From: an uncultured Chitinophaga sp.
GTDB taxonomy: Bacteria; Bacteroidota; Bacteroidia; Bacteroidales; GCA-2748055
Length of the DNA stretch: 64,000 nt
Direction: 5' to 3'
Assembly (NCBI GenBank): GCA_964349045.1
Contig: CAYGFI010000005.1
Location: forward strand, 5,564 to 69,563
Positions 1-9,654 of the stretch are shown in pieces. The number at the start of each line of letters is the position of its first letter. Positions within the stretch are counted from its first letter, which is position 1. The notes below the pieces were generated by a model. That model saw only the letters and a program-made list of their open reading frames with translations, had not been told where the DNA came from and did no database searches. A program made the position numbers and the translations under genes.

Positions 1-2002
1 TATCGAGTAATCCGCTCAACATGGTCTCCCCCGGGTCGAGCAGACCGAAGAAATCGTCCGAGACATAAGAAGATGTCGGGCTCAGGCTGTTTTCTGACTG
101 GTATGTAAGGATATAATTATCATCGCTTCCCATAATATTTTTATTATCATAGGTTCCATCACCAAAAAGAAGGAGGTACCGGGGGAGGAGAAGGCTATCG
201 GTTCCTGCCCGGGTATACAGCATTTTCATGAAATTACGGTATGCTCCAATATCCGGGGCTCCTGCAGAAAACTCATTATAAATCATGTCAGATGTTACTA
301 CAAGGACATCAAGCCCGCTTTTTTCGCGCCGGTGCCCTGCCAGTCGCTCAGCCTGATCCAGAAAACCGGGGTGTGTTATGATTACCAGATCCGGCTGTTG
401 CGGGCCATGCAGATTCTGATTCGGAAGATTTCCCAAATCACTTCCCTTTATTACCGGGGCAGGAAAGTTTCCCTTCTCATTAAATGCAATAAACTCCCTG
501 GTAGAATCCGTAGCGACTTTGAAGATAAGGTCCGTCCCGTTAAGATTTCCCTGGATTTTAAGAATTCCGTTCTGATTACTTACATCCCATAGGATAACAT
601 TCGTATTGGCAGAGCTCAGTGTAAACTGTGTAATATATCCGGGTCCGGTAACATTGATATCCCTGAACTCCAGAAAATCAGAATGCATCTGCAGTTTAGC
701 CCGTGCATTAATTATGATATAATCAAGCCATCCTTTCGCGGAACCGTCGGGTTTAATATATTTCAATCGTAGAGAAATATCATCAGATGGAGAACTTATC
801 AGGGATTTTTGCTCTGAGGTAAATCCGTAAATTGATGTGTAATCGCTAAGATTGGCTGCCTGGACAGGAAATGTGGAAATGGTTGCGTTATTATATGTCA
901 TCTGGAATTCAGAGGGTTTAACAGCTTTGGCCATCACCTGTGCTACTATTTCCACAGGCTGATCATATTCAAGTCCGGCTATATTAAAATTGAAAGTCTG
1001 TTGTGTAGTGTTTGCAAAAGGCTCGCCAAACCATTGTTTTCCGCTAAGGAGAACATTTTCGATCTCCTGCTCATGAAATGTCCGGAAATCATAAGAATCT
1101 GAAGACTTATTGGCAACTCCGGCAGGGGCTGTATCATTAAGCGGGAAATCCGGAATGCCCCCGGAAGTTACAAAATACCAGGTAAAATCAGAATAAGGAT
1201 TTTGCATATGCCGGAACATCCCTGAATTGATATCGTAACTCCATTTTACACTTCCTTTGGAATAGAAGAGAATATAATCCCCGGCATTAAAAATCCCGTC
1301 AGCCCCTTTAACCATATGTATCTGCACAGGTTTAAGATCATCCTTCCCACCTTTCCTCGAATCTTCAGGAAGCGCCTCCCCACTCCAGCCAAAGATCCTG
1401 ACATTGGCCGGATCACCAACTGACATGGAGTTGATCTGTTCATAACTAAGTTTATAAATTCCTGATACAGGAACTTTAATTTTATACCAACTGCCTGTTG
1501 AAAGAACAGAGTTTTCAACTGGTAATGATTTTTTAGAACGGATCATACCTTCTGTAACAGCGCCGGAAGATTCCACCCGGATCACAAAACTTTTAAGTCG
1601 TTCCAAACGGCCATTTTCAGGATTTTTCCGAAAAGGGACCAGGTTGATCTGCAGAAAAGGTTTTTTCTGCATATGCTCCAGGGAGTAACTGAAAATCAGG
1701 CTGTCGCTGAAGTTACCCGGAACTGAAGTACCATCAATCAACCCTGGATATGTTTCATATTGCGGATAAACGATGGTCAGACTTACTACCGGGTGTTCCG
1801 GTTTCCATTCAATAAGCTCTGTATAGGAAGGGAAACCTGTTTCTGTGACAGGGCTCACCTCTCCCCGGAATGAAATAAATTCTGAAAAATCAAGGTCTGA
1901 AAGGTCTGCAGCATTATCGAACGGTATGATTCTTTTCATGTGCCACACCTGGGCATGCCCCTGAAACGACAAAAATATAAGGATGATGATTATGAATCTC
2001 AT
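1..2002 (-). CDS. porU: Type IX secretion sortase PorU (C25/gingipain-like peptidase), N-terminal ~667 codons; C-terminus lies beyond the left window edge
   Basis: Absent from the ORF track because it has no stop codon in the window. My own minus-strand translation from the ATG at 2002 reads without stops to position 1. It gives MRFIIIILIFLSFQGHAQ (signal peptide), STGSWYKIKVPVSGIYKLSYEQI, PDLVIITHPGF and YLLLFGDGTYDNK. This motif pattern, and the adjacency to PorP/SprF and gldJ, fit PorU. Confidence 0.7.
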   Translation of the reverse strand, partial: MRFIIIILIFLSFQGHAQVWHMKRIIPFDNAADLSDLDFSEFISFRGEVSPVTETGFPSYTELIEWKPEHPVVSLTIVYPQYETYPGLIDGTSVPGNFSDSLIFSYSLEHMQKKPFLQINLVPFRKNPENGRLERLKSFVIRVESSGAVTEGMIRSKKSLPVENSVLSTGSWYKIKVPVSGIYKLSYEQINSMSVGDPANVRIFGWSGEALPEDSRKGGKDDLKPVQIHMVKGADGIFNAGDYILFYSKGSVKWSYDINSGMFRHMQNPYSDFTWYFVTSGGIPDFPLNDTAPAGVANKSSDSYDFRTFHEQEIENVLLSGKQWFGEPFANTTQQTFNFNIAGLEYDQPVEIVAQVMAKAVKPSEFQMTYNNATISTFPVQAANLSDYTSIYGFTSEQKSLISSPSDDISLRLKYIKPDGSAKGWLDYIIINARAKLQMHSDFLEFRDINVTGPGYITQFTLSSANTNVILWDVSNQNGILKIQGNLNGTDLIFKVATDSTREFIAFNEKGNFPAPVIKGSDLGNLPNQNLHGPQQPDLVIITHPGFLDQAERLAGHRREKSGLDVLVVTSDMIYNEFSAGAPDIGAYRNFMKMLYTRAGTDSLLLPRYLLLFGDGTYDNKNIMGSDDNYILTYQSENSLSPTSSYVSDDFFGLLDPGETMLSGLLD

Positions 2003-2168
2003 TATTTTCTTCTACTTTTAAGTCAATTAGTTTAGGCGTTTATAAAAAAATTACCTTAAAAACGCGTATCAATGTAACATTTCTGTAAGAAAAACGTTTG
2101 CTGAATGAAACGAAATTATTGTTAATTATATTGTTAAAAAAAGAGGCTCAAGATAATCAAATTCTCTG

Positions 2169-3125
2169 ATGCGGAAATTTCAGGTACTCCTTTTAATGGG
2201 TTGTTTTGGATGTATTGCTATAAGCAGCAAGGCACAGGATGTGTTTTATTCTCAGTATTATGCCAACCGCTTATACCTGAATCCTGCATTTGCAGGAATA
2301 GGGAATGAAAAAAGGATCTTTTTAAATTTTCGCAACCAGTACCCCAGGCTGGGAAGTGTATATAACACATACACGGTTTCGTATGATCAGTTTGTAAATA
2401 AATTAAACGGAGGGCTGGGATTTTCACTGAGCAATGATGTTCAGGGATCAGGAGCCATGAGCAAAATGTCTTTTTCGGCGATGTATTCCTACCAGGTCAG
2501 AACCGGAAGATTCCTTTCTTTTTCGGGTGGATTGCAGGCCGGGGGTATAGCAACCATTATAAAAGCGAATGACTTTGAGCTTGAAGATATGAGTGAAAAT
2601 CTTTCAGATGTCACAAAAATCTTCCCTGATTTCGCAACGGGTTTTGCAGCTTTTTACAAAGATTCTTATGGAGGAATTTCAGTATTCCACCTGCTTAAAC
2701 CCTATCAATCTGAAAGCACTCTTGCCGATTCCAGGCTTCCAAGGAAGTTTACATTATTTGCAGGAACTTATATTCCCGTTTACGAAAAAAGATTAGGAAA
2801 AAGAGTTTTACAGTTAAATCCAAACCTGATCTACACACTCCAGAAGAACATGGGGCAATTGGTTTACGGGCTTGAAAGCCTGTATAAAGAGAGTTATGTT
2901 GTGGGAATCTGGCTCCGGCAAAATATAGGTTTAAAATTTTCCGCCCTTATATTATCAGGAGGGCTTTCACTTGATAATATTCGTTTGCGATACAGCTACG
3001 ATTTGCAGTTTTCGCAGCCTTCAGTGCAGATTCCAAGGATGGGTGCAAATGAAATATCTATTATAATTGCATTTGGTGAGAACAAGAAAAATAAATATAA
3101 GACAATAAAATGTCCTAAATTTTAG
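2169..3125 (+). CDS. PorP/SprF-family T9SS outer-membrane protein
   Basis: 318 aa. A signal peptide is followed by QDVFYSQYYANRLYLNPAFAG, the N-terminal signature I associate with the PorP/SprF beta-barrel family. Divergent from porU and directly upstream of gldJ. Confidence 0.65.
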   Translation: MRKFQVLLLMGCFGCIAISSKAQDVFYSQYYANRLYLNPAFAGIGNEKRIFLNFRNQYPRLGSVYNTYTVSYDQFVNKLNGGLGFSLSNDVQGSGAMSKMSFSAMYSYQVRTGRFLSFSGGLQAGGIATIIKANDFELEDMSENLSDVTKIFPDFATGFAAFYKDSYGGISVFHLLKPYQSESTLADSRLPRKFTLFAGTYIPVYEKRLGKRVLQLNPNLIYTLQKNMGQLVYGLESLYKESYVVGIWLRQNIGLKFSALILSGGLSLDNIRLRYSYDLQFSQPSVQIPRMGANEISIIIAFGENKKNKYKTIKCPKF

Positions 3126-3193
3126 TTTTTTTTATGAAATAATATTATTTTTAGTGCAAATTTTGAAATAAAAAGAAAAAAAAGGATAACACT

Positions 3194-4678
3194 ATGAAAA
3201 TCAAGCTGAATCTCCTTTCGGTATTTTTGGTAACAGCCATGGTATTGGCTTCTTGTGGCGGCACTGATCCCGGGTCGACCGGCAATGAATCAACAACTAC
3301 CGGCTGGAAATATAATGACCCCGCCAATGGTGGATTTGCTGTTTCCAAAGCGTCAGAGCAGGTTACCGGTCCGGGTCTCGTATTGATTGAAGGTGGCACA
3401 TTCACCATGGGCAGAGTGCAGGACGACGTAATGTATGAATGGAATGCCGTTCCAAGAAGGGTTACCGTATCATCATTTTATATGGATGAAACAGAGGTCA
3501 GAAATATCGACTACAGGGAATACGTTTACTGGTTAACACGTGTTTTTGGCGACAATAACCGTCAGGTTGTATATAACGCGCTGCCTGATACACTGGTTTG
3601 GAGGGATCCGGTTGCATATAACGAACCCTATGTTGAGTATTATTTCCGGCACCCTGCTTATAACCAATATCCTGTTGTTGGTGTTGACTGGCTGCAATCG
3701 AATGATTACTGCCAATGGCGGACCGACAGGGTTAACGAGAGTGTGATGGTAGATAACGGCTTTATTGAACTGAGTACCGACCAGAAAGACGAAAACAATT
3801 TTAACACCGATGCCTACCTGGCAGGAATTTACCAGCCGGTTATCAGAAATCCTATTGAAAGCCTGAATCCAAACCAGGATTCCCGTATATTATCAATTGA
3901 AGATGGTGTTCTTCTGCCTAAATATCGTCTTCCTTCTGAAGCAGAATGGGAATTTGCAGCCTTTGCCCTTCGCGGAAACACCTCTGAAGAATTGGTATGG
4001 GAACGCAGAGTATACCCGTGGAGCGGACACAACGTAAGAAACGACCAACCTAAAAACCTGGGTGAGATGAGAGCTAACTTTGTAAGAGGTAGCGGAGATA
4101 TGATGGGCCTTGCCGGTAATCTTAACGATGGAGGTTCTATTACTACCCCTGTTAAAGCATTCTGGCCCAATGATTACGGCTTGTATTGTATGGCAGGCAA
4201 CGTTAACGAATGGGTGGCAGATGTATATCGTCCTCTCTCTTTCGAAGATGTCAGTGGTTTTAATCCATACCGCGGTAATCAGTTTGATAAACTTTACAGG
4301 AATGCTGATGGAAATACTGAAATCGACAGCCTTGGAAGACTTCAAAAAGTTCCCATTACTGAAAAAGATGCCGAAGGCCGTTTCAATTACAGGAAATCGG
4401 ATTACCGTAACTACAGGGATGGCGATTTGCAGTCTGCAATGGATGTTCCGGAAAAAGACACCGCAAGTGAAATATACAAGAAAGGCAGCCTGAACATGTA
4501 TGATAAGGAATCCTCACTGATCAATGATAATGTGAGAGTTTACAAAGGGGGATCATGGAAAGACAGGGCTTATTTCCTGAGTCCGGGTACCCGCCGCTTC
4601 CTTCTTGAAACTGAAGCCAGGGACGATATCGGTTTCCGTTGCGCAATGACACGCGTAGGAAGCCCAACCGGATTTTAA
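3194..4678 (+). CDS. gldJ: Gliding motility/T9SS lipoprotein GldJ (FGE-sulfatase-modifying-factor-like fold)
   Basis: 494 aa with lipobox LASCGG. FGE-like fold motifs are present: GGTFTMG, YMDETEVRNIDY, PSEAEWEFAA, GNVNEWV, KGGSW, GFRCA. Adjacency of porU and gldJ is known from Flavobacterium johnsoniae. Confidence 0.7.
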   Translation: MKIKLNLLSVFLVTAMVLASCGGTDPGSTGNESTTTGWKYNDPANGGFAVSKASEQVTGPGLVLIEGGTFTMGRVQDDVMYEWNAVPRRVTVSSFYMDETEVRNIDYREYVYWLTRVFGDNNRQVVYNALPDTLVWRDPVAYNEPYVEYYFRHPAYNQYPVVGVDWLQSNDYCQWRTDRVNESVMVDNGFIELSTDQKDENNFNTDAYLAGIYQPVIRNPIESLNPNQDSRILSIEDGVLLPKYRLPSEAEWEFAAFALRGNTSEELVWERRVYPWSGHNVRNDQPKNLGEMRANFVRGSGDMMGLAGNLNDGGSITTPVKAFWPNDYGLYCMAGNVNEWVADVYRPLSFEDVSGFNPYRGNQFDKLYRNADGNTEIDSLGRLQKVPITEKDAEGRFNYRKSDYRNYRDGDLQSAMDVPEKDTASEIYKKGSLNMYDKESSLINDNVRVYKGGSWKDRAYFLSPGTRRFLLETEARDDIGFRCAMTRVGSPTGF

Positions 4679-4701
4679 TAATGGAACTATACCGTATTAT
4701 A

Positions 4702-4735
4702 AAGGGTGTCTCCAAAAGACACCCTTTTATCTTTT
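4702..4735 (+). terminator. Rho-independent terminator after gldJ
   Basis: Perfect 10-bp stem AAGGGTGTCT / AGACACCCTT with loop CCAAA, followed by TTATCTTTT. Confidence 0.6.
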
Positions 4736-4742
4736 CCTCAAA

Positions 4743-6044
4743 ATGACAATCGAAGATCTATACCACCTTTTTAAAGAATGCCCCGGCATTTCCACCGACT
4801 CCCGTAAACCTGCTCCCGGGTCCATCTTTTTTGCTCTTAAAGGTGAAAACTTCGATGGTAACAAATTTGCCCTTGATGCAGTTCAAAAAGGCTGTTCTTT
4901 TGCTGTAGTTGATGATCCTTCACTTAAAAATCACCCTGAACTGATCTATTTTCAGGATGTCCTCGTTACACTTCAAAATCTTGCAAATTATCACCGTAGT
5001 CAACTGAAAATCCCTGTTATTGGTATTACCGGATCGAATGGGAAAACGACAACCAAAGAACTGACCGCTGCGATATTGAGCCGTAAATATAAGGTATGCG
5101 CCACACAGGGTAACCTTAATAATCATATCGGGGTCCCCCTGACCCTGCTTACTGCAAGTGACCACGATATGGTAATCATTGAGATGGGAGCTAACCATAC
5201 CGGTGAAATAGCAGCCCTGTGCAAAATTGCTAATCCCGGTTTCGGCATCATTACTAATATCGGGAAAGCTCATCTCGGGGGATTTGGATCACCCGAAGAA
5301 GTTATTAAAGCAAAAACAGAACTTTACAATCATCTGGCACAAGTCAGGGGTAAGGTATTCGTAGATTCAGATAATGCACTTTTGCGAAGACTGGTATCAG
5401 AAAAAAATATTGATCCGGTGTTCTATGGAAATGCACCCGGATCTGTCTGCTCAGGTGAGATAAGCGGAAATACTGAATTTTTAGCAGTAAAAGTCCATAT
5501 TTCCGGGTTTAATAATGATCTCTTTATTCAGACTTCACTGGTCGGAAATTATAATCTGAATAATTTGTTAGCCGCTGTATGTATCGGTAAATATTTTGGC
5601 GTTGGTCCGGAAGATATTACTTCAGCCCTTACGGAATATGTTCCGTCCAACAACCGTTCCCAACTGATGGTTACGCAAAATAATAAGATTGTAAATGATG
5701 CCTACAACGCGAATCCAGGCTCCATGGAAAGTTCTATAAGCAACTTTCTTCAAATGAGTGAAGATCTGCCAAAAATGATCATTCTCGGAGATATGCTCGA
5801 ACTGGGAAAGTTCTCCCGTTCAGAACATCAGGCGATTATTGAATTCCTGAAAAGCCGGAACTTTTCCAATGTAATTCTGGTCGGACCAGAGTTCTGCGCG
5901 ATTTCGGAATTATACTCCCTGGCTTGTTTCCATGATGTTGAAGAATTGATTGAACATTTTCGCTCCAATACGGTTAAAGAGCATTCCATCCTCCTTAAAG
6001 GAAGCAGGGGAATAAAACTGGAGAAATTATTGGATGTATTATAA
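4743..6044 (+). CDS. murF: UDP-N-acetylmuramoyl-tripeptide--D-alanyl-D-alanine ligase
   Basis: 433 aa with Mur-ligase P-loop GITGSNGKTTTKE. Domain order and length are typical of MurF. Confidence 0.85.
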   Translation: MTIEDLYHLFKECPGISTDSRKPAPGSIFFALKGENFDGNKFALDAVQKGCSFAVVDDPSLKNHPELIYFQDVLVTLQNLANYHRSQLKIPVIGITGSNGKTTTKELTAAILSRKYKVCATQGNLNNHIGVPLTLLTASDHDMVIIEMGANHTGEIAALCKIANPGFGIITNIGKAHLGGFGSPEEVIKAKTELYNHLAQVRGKVFVDSDNALLRRLVSEKNIDPVFYGNAPGSVCSGEISGNTEFLAVKVHISGFNNDLFIQTSLVGNYNLNNLLAAVCIGKYFGVGPEDITSALTEYVPSNNRSQLMVTQNNKIVNDAYNANPGSMESSISNFLQMSEDLPKMIILGDMLELGKFSRSEHQAIIEFLKSRNFSNVILVGPEFCAISELYSLACFHDVEELIEHFRSNTVKEHSILLKGSRGIKLEKLLDVL

Positions 6045-6087
6045 TCTTCATTCACCGGGTAGATAACCGGGTAAAAATTAAAAGCAA

Positions 6088-6759
6088 ATGGCAAACAAAT
6101 TAATGGATCCGATAGGCAGGTTGATGGGATTACGTTATAAATCGCATCCCTGGCACGGGGTAGACATTGGTCCGGACGCTCCGGAAGTGATAACCTGTTT
6201 CATTGAAATGGTACCCAGGGATACGGTAAAATACGAGGTAGACAAGGTTACGGGTTACCTGAAAATAGACCGTCCCGGTAAATATTCAAACTCGGTTCCT
6301 GCTCTGTATGGATTTATACCTCAGACTTTATCGGGAGATATGGTCGCCAACCTGGCAAGAGAAAAAACCGGTAATAATGAAATTACCGGAGATAACGATC
6401 CGATAGATATCTGTATCCTGACTGAAAAAGAGATCACCCATGGTGACATTCTTGTAAAAGCGCGACCGATAGGCGGTTTTAGAATGATCGATAAAAACCA
6501 GGCAGATGATAAAATTATTGCCGTGCTGAAACATGATGCCATGTATGAATCATTCAACGACGTTTCCGAGGTACCTGAAAAGGTAGTAGAAAGATTAAAA
6601 CATTATTTTCTTACCTATAAGGATCTCCCCGGAAAACCAAGTCAGTGCGAAATAACTCACACCTATGGCAGGGAAGAAGCCCTCGAAGTCATCAATCGCT
6701 CACTGGAAGATTATACAACAAAATTCAAGAATCTGGATAATATTCTTTCGCTGGTTTAA
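6088..6759 (+). CDS. ppa: Inorganic pyrophosphatase (family I)
   Basis: 223 aa with the acidic metal-binding cluster DNDPIDICIL and DDKIIAV. Confidence 0.8.
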   Translation: MANKLMDPIGRLMGLRYKSHPWHGVDIGPDAPEVITCFIEMVPRDTVKYEVDKVTGYLKIDRPGKYSNSVPALYGFIPQTLSGDMVANLAREKTGNNEITGDNDPIDICILTEKEITHGDILVKARPIGGFRMIDKNQADDKIIAVLKHDAMYESFNDVSEVPEKVVERLKHYFLTYKDLPGKPSQCEITHTYGREEALEVINRSLEDYTTKFKNLDNILSLV

Positions 6760-6823
6760 ATGGTCCTGTCAAGGACCTGGTAGCTCTTTGTTACAAAGGA
6801 TCAACAATCCAAAATCCTCATAA

Positions 6824-7861
6824 TCACTGATTAGGATAGATCCAACGCAACGACTGAAACGTATATTTCTTTTTAATAAAGTATTCCTTCACAATACTCC
6901 CCGGAAAAATCTCCCTGTGTTCGTACCTGATGATAAACTGCAATTCAGCTTTTCTGAATTTTTTATAAGCTCTGTAACTTTTATAGAATGAAAGGTGTGC
7001 TCTGAATACAGCAAAAAATTCCCTGAACGAGGCTTTCAGCAGAAAACGAAGAGCCGACACCCAATCAAGGATCAAACGGGCTATTATGATCCTTCCTAAT
7101 AAAACGCCAGGCAGATTTTTATAAAGCAGAAAGAGATTATTTCTGAAATTAAGGAAAGTTTTCCTGGGATTTCCCTGGGGCAAAGTACCTCCCCCGAAAT
7201 GATAAACAAGAGACCGGGGCTCAACCATGATGCGGTAACCGCGATTTTTAAGCCTCCAGCAGAGATCGATTTCTTCCATGTGGGCAAAGAAATGCGGATC
7301 CAATCCCCCCGCGAGTTTATACAAGGGTCCGCGCACCATCAGGCAGGCCCCTGAAGCCCAGAATATATCACGCGGTTTGTTGTACTGACCATAATCTGTT
7401 TCAATACTATCAAAAATCCGTCCCTGGCAGAACGGATAACCATATTTATCGATGAAACCACCTGCCGCTCCTGCATATTCAAAAAGATCCTTACGTTCCG
7501 AGGAGATAATTTTTGGCATGCAGGCAGCCACTAATGGATTTTTATCAAGAAGTCCGATCATCGGATTCAGCCATCCTTCCGTAACTTCAACATCCGAATT
7601 CAAAAGAATTAAATATTCGGCCTCAACCTGCGAAAGCGCACGATTGTATCCTTCAGCAAAGCCATAGTTTTTATCGAGGGAGATAATACTTACTGAAGGA
7701 AATGTGTTCTTCAGGAAAGAAACAGAATCATCGTCTGAACCATTATCTGCTATGATAACTTTAACCCCATCCTGTGCAGAATGCTTTACAACAGAAGGAA
7801 GAAAGCGTTGTAAAAACGATTTCCCGTTCCAGTTTAAAATTACGATGGCTACTTTTAACAT
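6824..7861 (-). CDS. Family 2 glycosyltransferase
   Basis: 345 aa. N-terminal VAIVILNWNG followed by ADNGSDDDS, then LLNSDVEV (DxD-like), with a C-terminal membrane-associated tail. Confidence 0.7.
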   Translation of the reverse strand: MLKVAIVILNWNGKSFLQRFLPSVVKHSAQDGVKVIIADNGSDDDSVSFLKNTFPSVSIISLDKNYGFAEGYNRALSQVEAEYLILLNSDVEVTEGWLNPMIGLLDKNPLVAACMPKIISSERKDLFEYAGAAGGFIDKYGYPFCQGRIFDSIETDYGQYNKPRDIFWASGACLMVRGPLYKLAGGLDPHFFAHMEEIDLCWRLKNRGYRIMVEPRSLVYHFGGGTLPQGNPRKTFLNFRNNLFLLYKNLPGVLLGRIIIARLILDWVSALRFLLKASFREFFAVFRAHLSFYKSYRAYKKFRKAELQFIIRYEHREIFPGSIVKEYFIKKKYTFQSLRWIYPNQ

Positions 7862-7909
7862 GGTATAAAGGTAATAAATGAAACTGCAAAATTATTTGGG
7901 GAAGGAAAT

Positions 7910-8839
7910 CTAAACGCGGGTATTATTCTCAGAGAACCGAAAAATTCCCCGGCTCTCTTCCTTTTCACGCCGCCGGGTAAGCTTCCATCGCCTGTGCGAC
8001 CAAAGCCAGTATTGAGGTTCTTCCCGGATTAACTCTTCGAGCATACCAAAGAATTTTTCCGTAATTTCATGTCCGGGTGATTCCAGGGGATTTTCCTCCA
8101 CAGGGATTAACTCTACACTGTATTTACCTCTTTCTGTTTTTTTAATTTTACCAAACAAAACTACCATATTGAATTGCTTCGCCAGTTTTTCCGGCCCCAG
8201 GTAAACAGCGGTCTGCTGATTCAGGAATGGGATCCAGTATTGTACCTCCTCCCATACGGGCGACTGGTCGACAATGAAAACATTAAAGGTTGGAAGCTTT
8301 TCATTTTTATATTTTATAAGAACTCGCACCACCTCCCTCATACTTACCATCCTGGTTCCGAATTTACCGCGGGTATTGTTTACCAGCTTATCAAATCGCT
8401 TATTATTCAGTGGCTTATACACCCCAATTATTTTATAATTCAGATGAGGCACTATACCCAGGGTCCATTCCCAGTTACAATAATGTGCTCCAACTGCCAC
8501 AACTGATCTGTGAGAATCGCGGTATTTATCTAATATCCCGGGATTTAGCAATTGAATCCTCTGGCCTAGTTGTCCGGGACTCATATGAATCATTTTTACG
8601 CTTTCGACGATCATATCGGCAAAATGCCGGTAAAAAGCTTTTTCAATCGAAAGCCGTTCATTTACAGTTTTTCCGGGAAATGCCAGCCTGATGTTTTCTT
8701 TAACAACTGCAAGTCTGTAACGGATCAGATAATACAATAAATAATATAAGCCATCTGCCATAAAATATAAAACCTTAAATGGCAGTAACGCGATTGAGCG
8801 GAGAATCAGGTATTGAATGTAAAAAGCGATTGCAGACAT
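7910..8839 (-). CDS. Lipid A late acyltransferase-like (LpxL/HtrB family) lysophospholipid acyltransferase
   Basis: 309 aa with an N-terminal transmembrane helix and HYCNWEW, matching the HX4E acyltransferase motif of this family. Confidence 0.65.
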   Translation of the reverse strand: MSAIAFYIQYLILRSIALLPFKVLYFMADGLYYLLYYLIRYRLAVVKENIRLAFPGKTVNERLSIEKAFYRHFADMIVESVKMIHMSPGQLGQRIQLLNPGILDKYRDSHRSVVAVGAHYCNWEWTLGIVPHLNYKIIGVYKPLNNKRFDKLVNNTRGKFGTRMVSMREVVRVLIKYKNEKLPTFNVFIVDQSPVWEEVQYWIPFLNQQTAVYLGPEKLAKQFNMVVLFGKIKKTERGKYSVELIPVEENPLESPGHEITEKFFGMLEELIREEPQYWLWSHRRWKLTRRREKEESRGIFRFSENNTRV

Positions 8840-8848
8840 CTGGGAAGA

Positions 8849-9649
8849 TTAGCGGATCATAATTGTTTTTATATCTTCTAAAAATTCATTAAAAACCAGA
8901 TCGTTTGAAATTACTATTTCTCCCCCGAACAAATAATTATTTCCTCCCCTGAAATCTGAAACCTTCCCTCCTGCCTGCTTAACTATTAGTACCCCGGCAG
9001 CCACATCCCATGGATTCAGACCATATTCGTAGAACGCTTCAAACCTGCCACAGGCAATATAGGCAATATCGGTGGCAGCAGAACCCAGGCGGCGCAGTCC
9101 ATGAGAATTTTCCATGAAAAACCTTACTGTTTCCATGAAGTTTGAGAGATGGGAAAAATCAGTATACGGGAAGCCGGTGGCAATCAGGGAATCATTCACC
9201 TTATCCACTTTGCTGACGTGAATCTCTTTACCGTTCAGGTAGGCTTTACTACCCTTCCATGCATAAAAACACTCATTTAGTCCCATTTCATGCACTACAC
9301 CCAGGATTATCTCTTCGCCTGCCATCAATGCAACGCTTATAGCATATGGAGGCAAACCGTGAATATAATTAGTAGTGCCATCCAGGGGGTCGATGATCCA
9401 ATTGTATTTTTCTCCTCTTTTTGAACTGGTATCTTCTTCAGCGATAAATCCCGATTCAGGAAGCAGATTCGCTAAACCATTAACCAGCATTTCCTCTGCA
9501 GTTTTATCTACATGAGTCACGTAATTGTGCCGGCCTTTAACTTCCACATTCAACTCTATACGTTTATCCAGTTCAATGTTTATAAACGATGCTGTTTTTG
9601 CAACAATAACGCGTACATCCTGGCATAATTTTTCTAAATCCATTGTCAT
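8849..9649 (-). CDS. Inositol monophosphatase family protein
   Basis: 266 aa with IAEE and WIIDPLDGTTNY, the metal-binding signatures of IMPase/SuhB-type phosphatases. Confidence 0.8.
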   Translation of the reverse strand: MTMDLEKLCQDVRVIVAKTASFINIELDKRIELNVEVKGRHNYVTHVDKTAEEMLVNGLANLLPESGFIAEEDTSSKRGEKYNWIIDPLDGTTNYIHGLPPYAISVALMAGEEIILGVVHEMGLNECFYAWKGSKAYLNGKEIHVSKVDKVNDSLIATGFPYTDFSHLSNFMETVRFFMENSHGLRRLGSAATDIAYIACGRFEAFYEYGLNPWDVAAGVLIVKQAGGKVSDFRGGNNYLFGGEIVISNDLVFNEFLEDIKTIMIR

Positions 9650-9654
9650 CGAAA

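Noticed and set aside
332-1518. Short ORF-track models 332-592 (+) and 1246-1518 (-)
   Set aside because: Both lie inside the uninterrupted minus-strand porU reading frame, in other frames or on the other strand.
3893-4345. 150-aa antisense ORF inside gldJ (also 3829-4170, 4110-4493)
   Set aside because: It lies entirely within a well-supported gene on the opposite strand or in another frame. It has low-complexity composition and no recognisable motifs.
3194-4678. GldJ (FGE-like fold) considered as the maturase for the sulfatase at 59416
   Set aside because: GldJ-family proteins are outer-membrane-associated lipoproteins of the gliding/T9SS apparatus. They are not known to generate formylglycine. 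The distance and genomic context also argue against a functional link.
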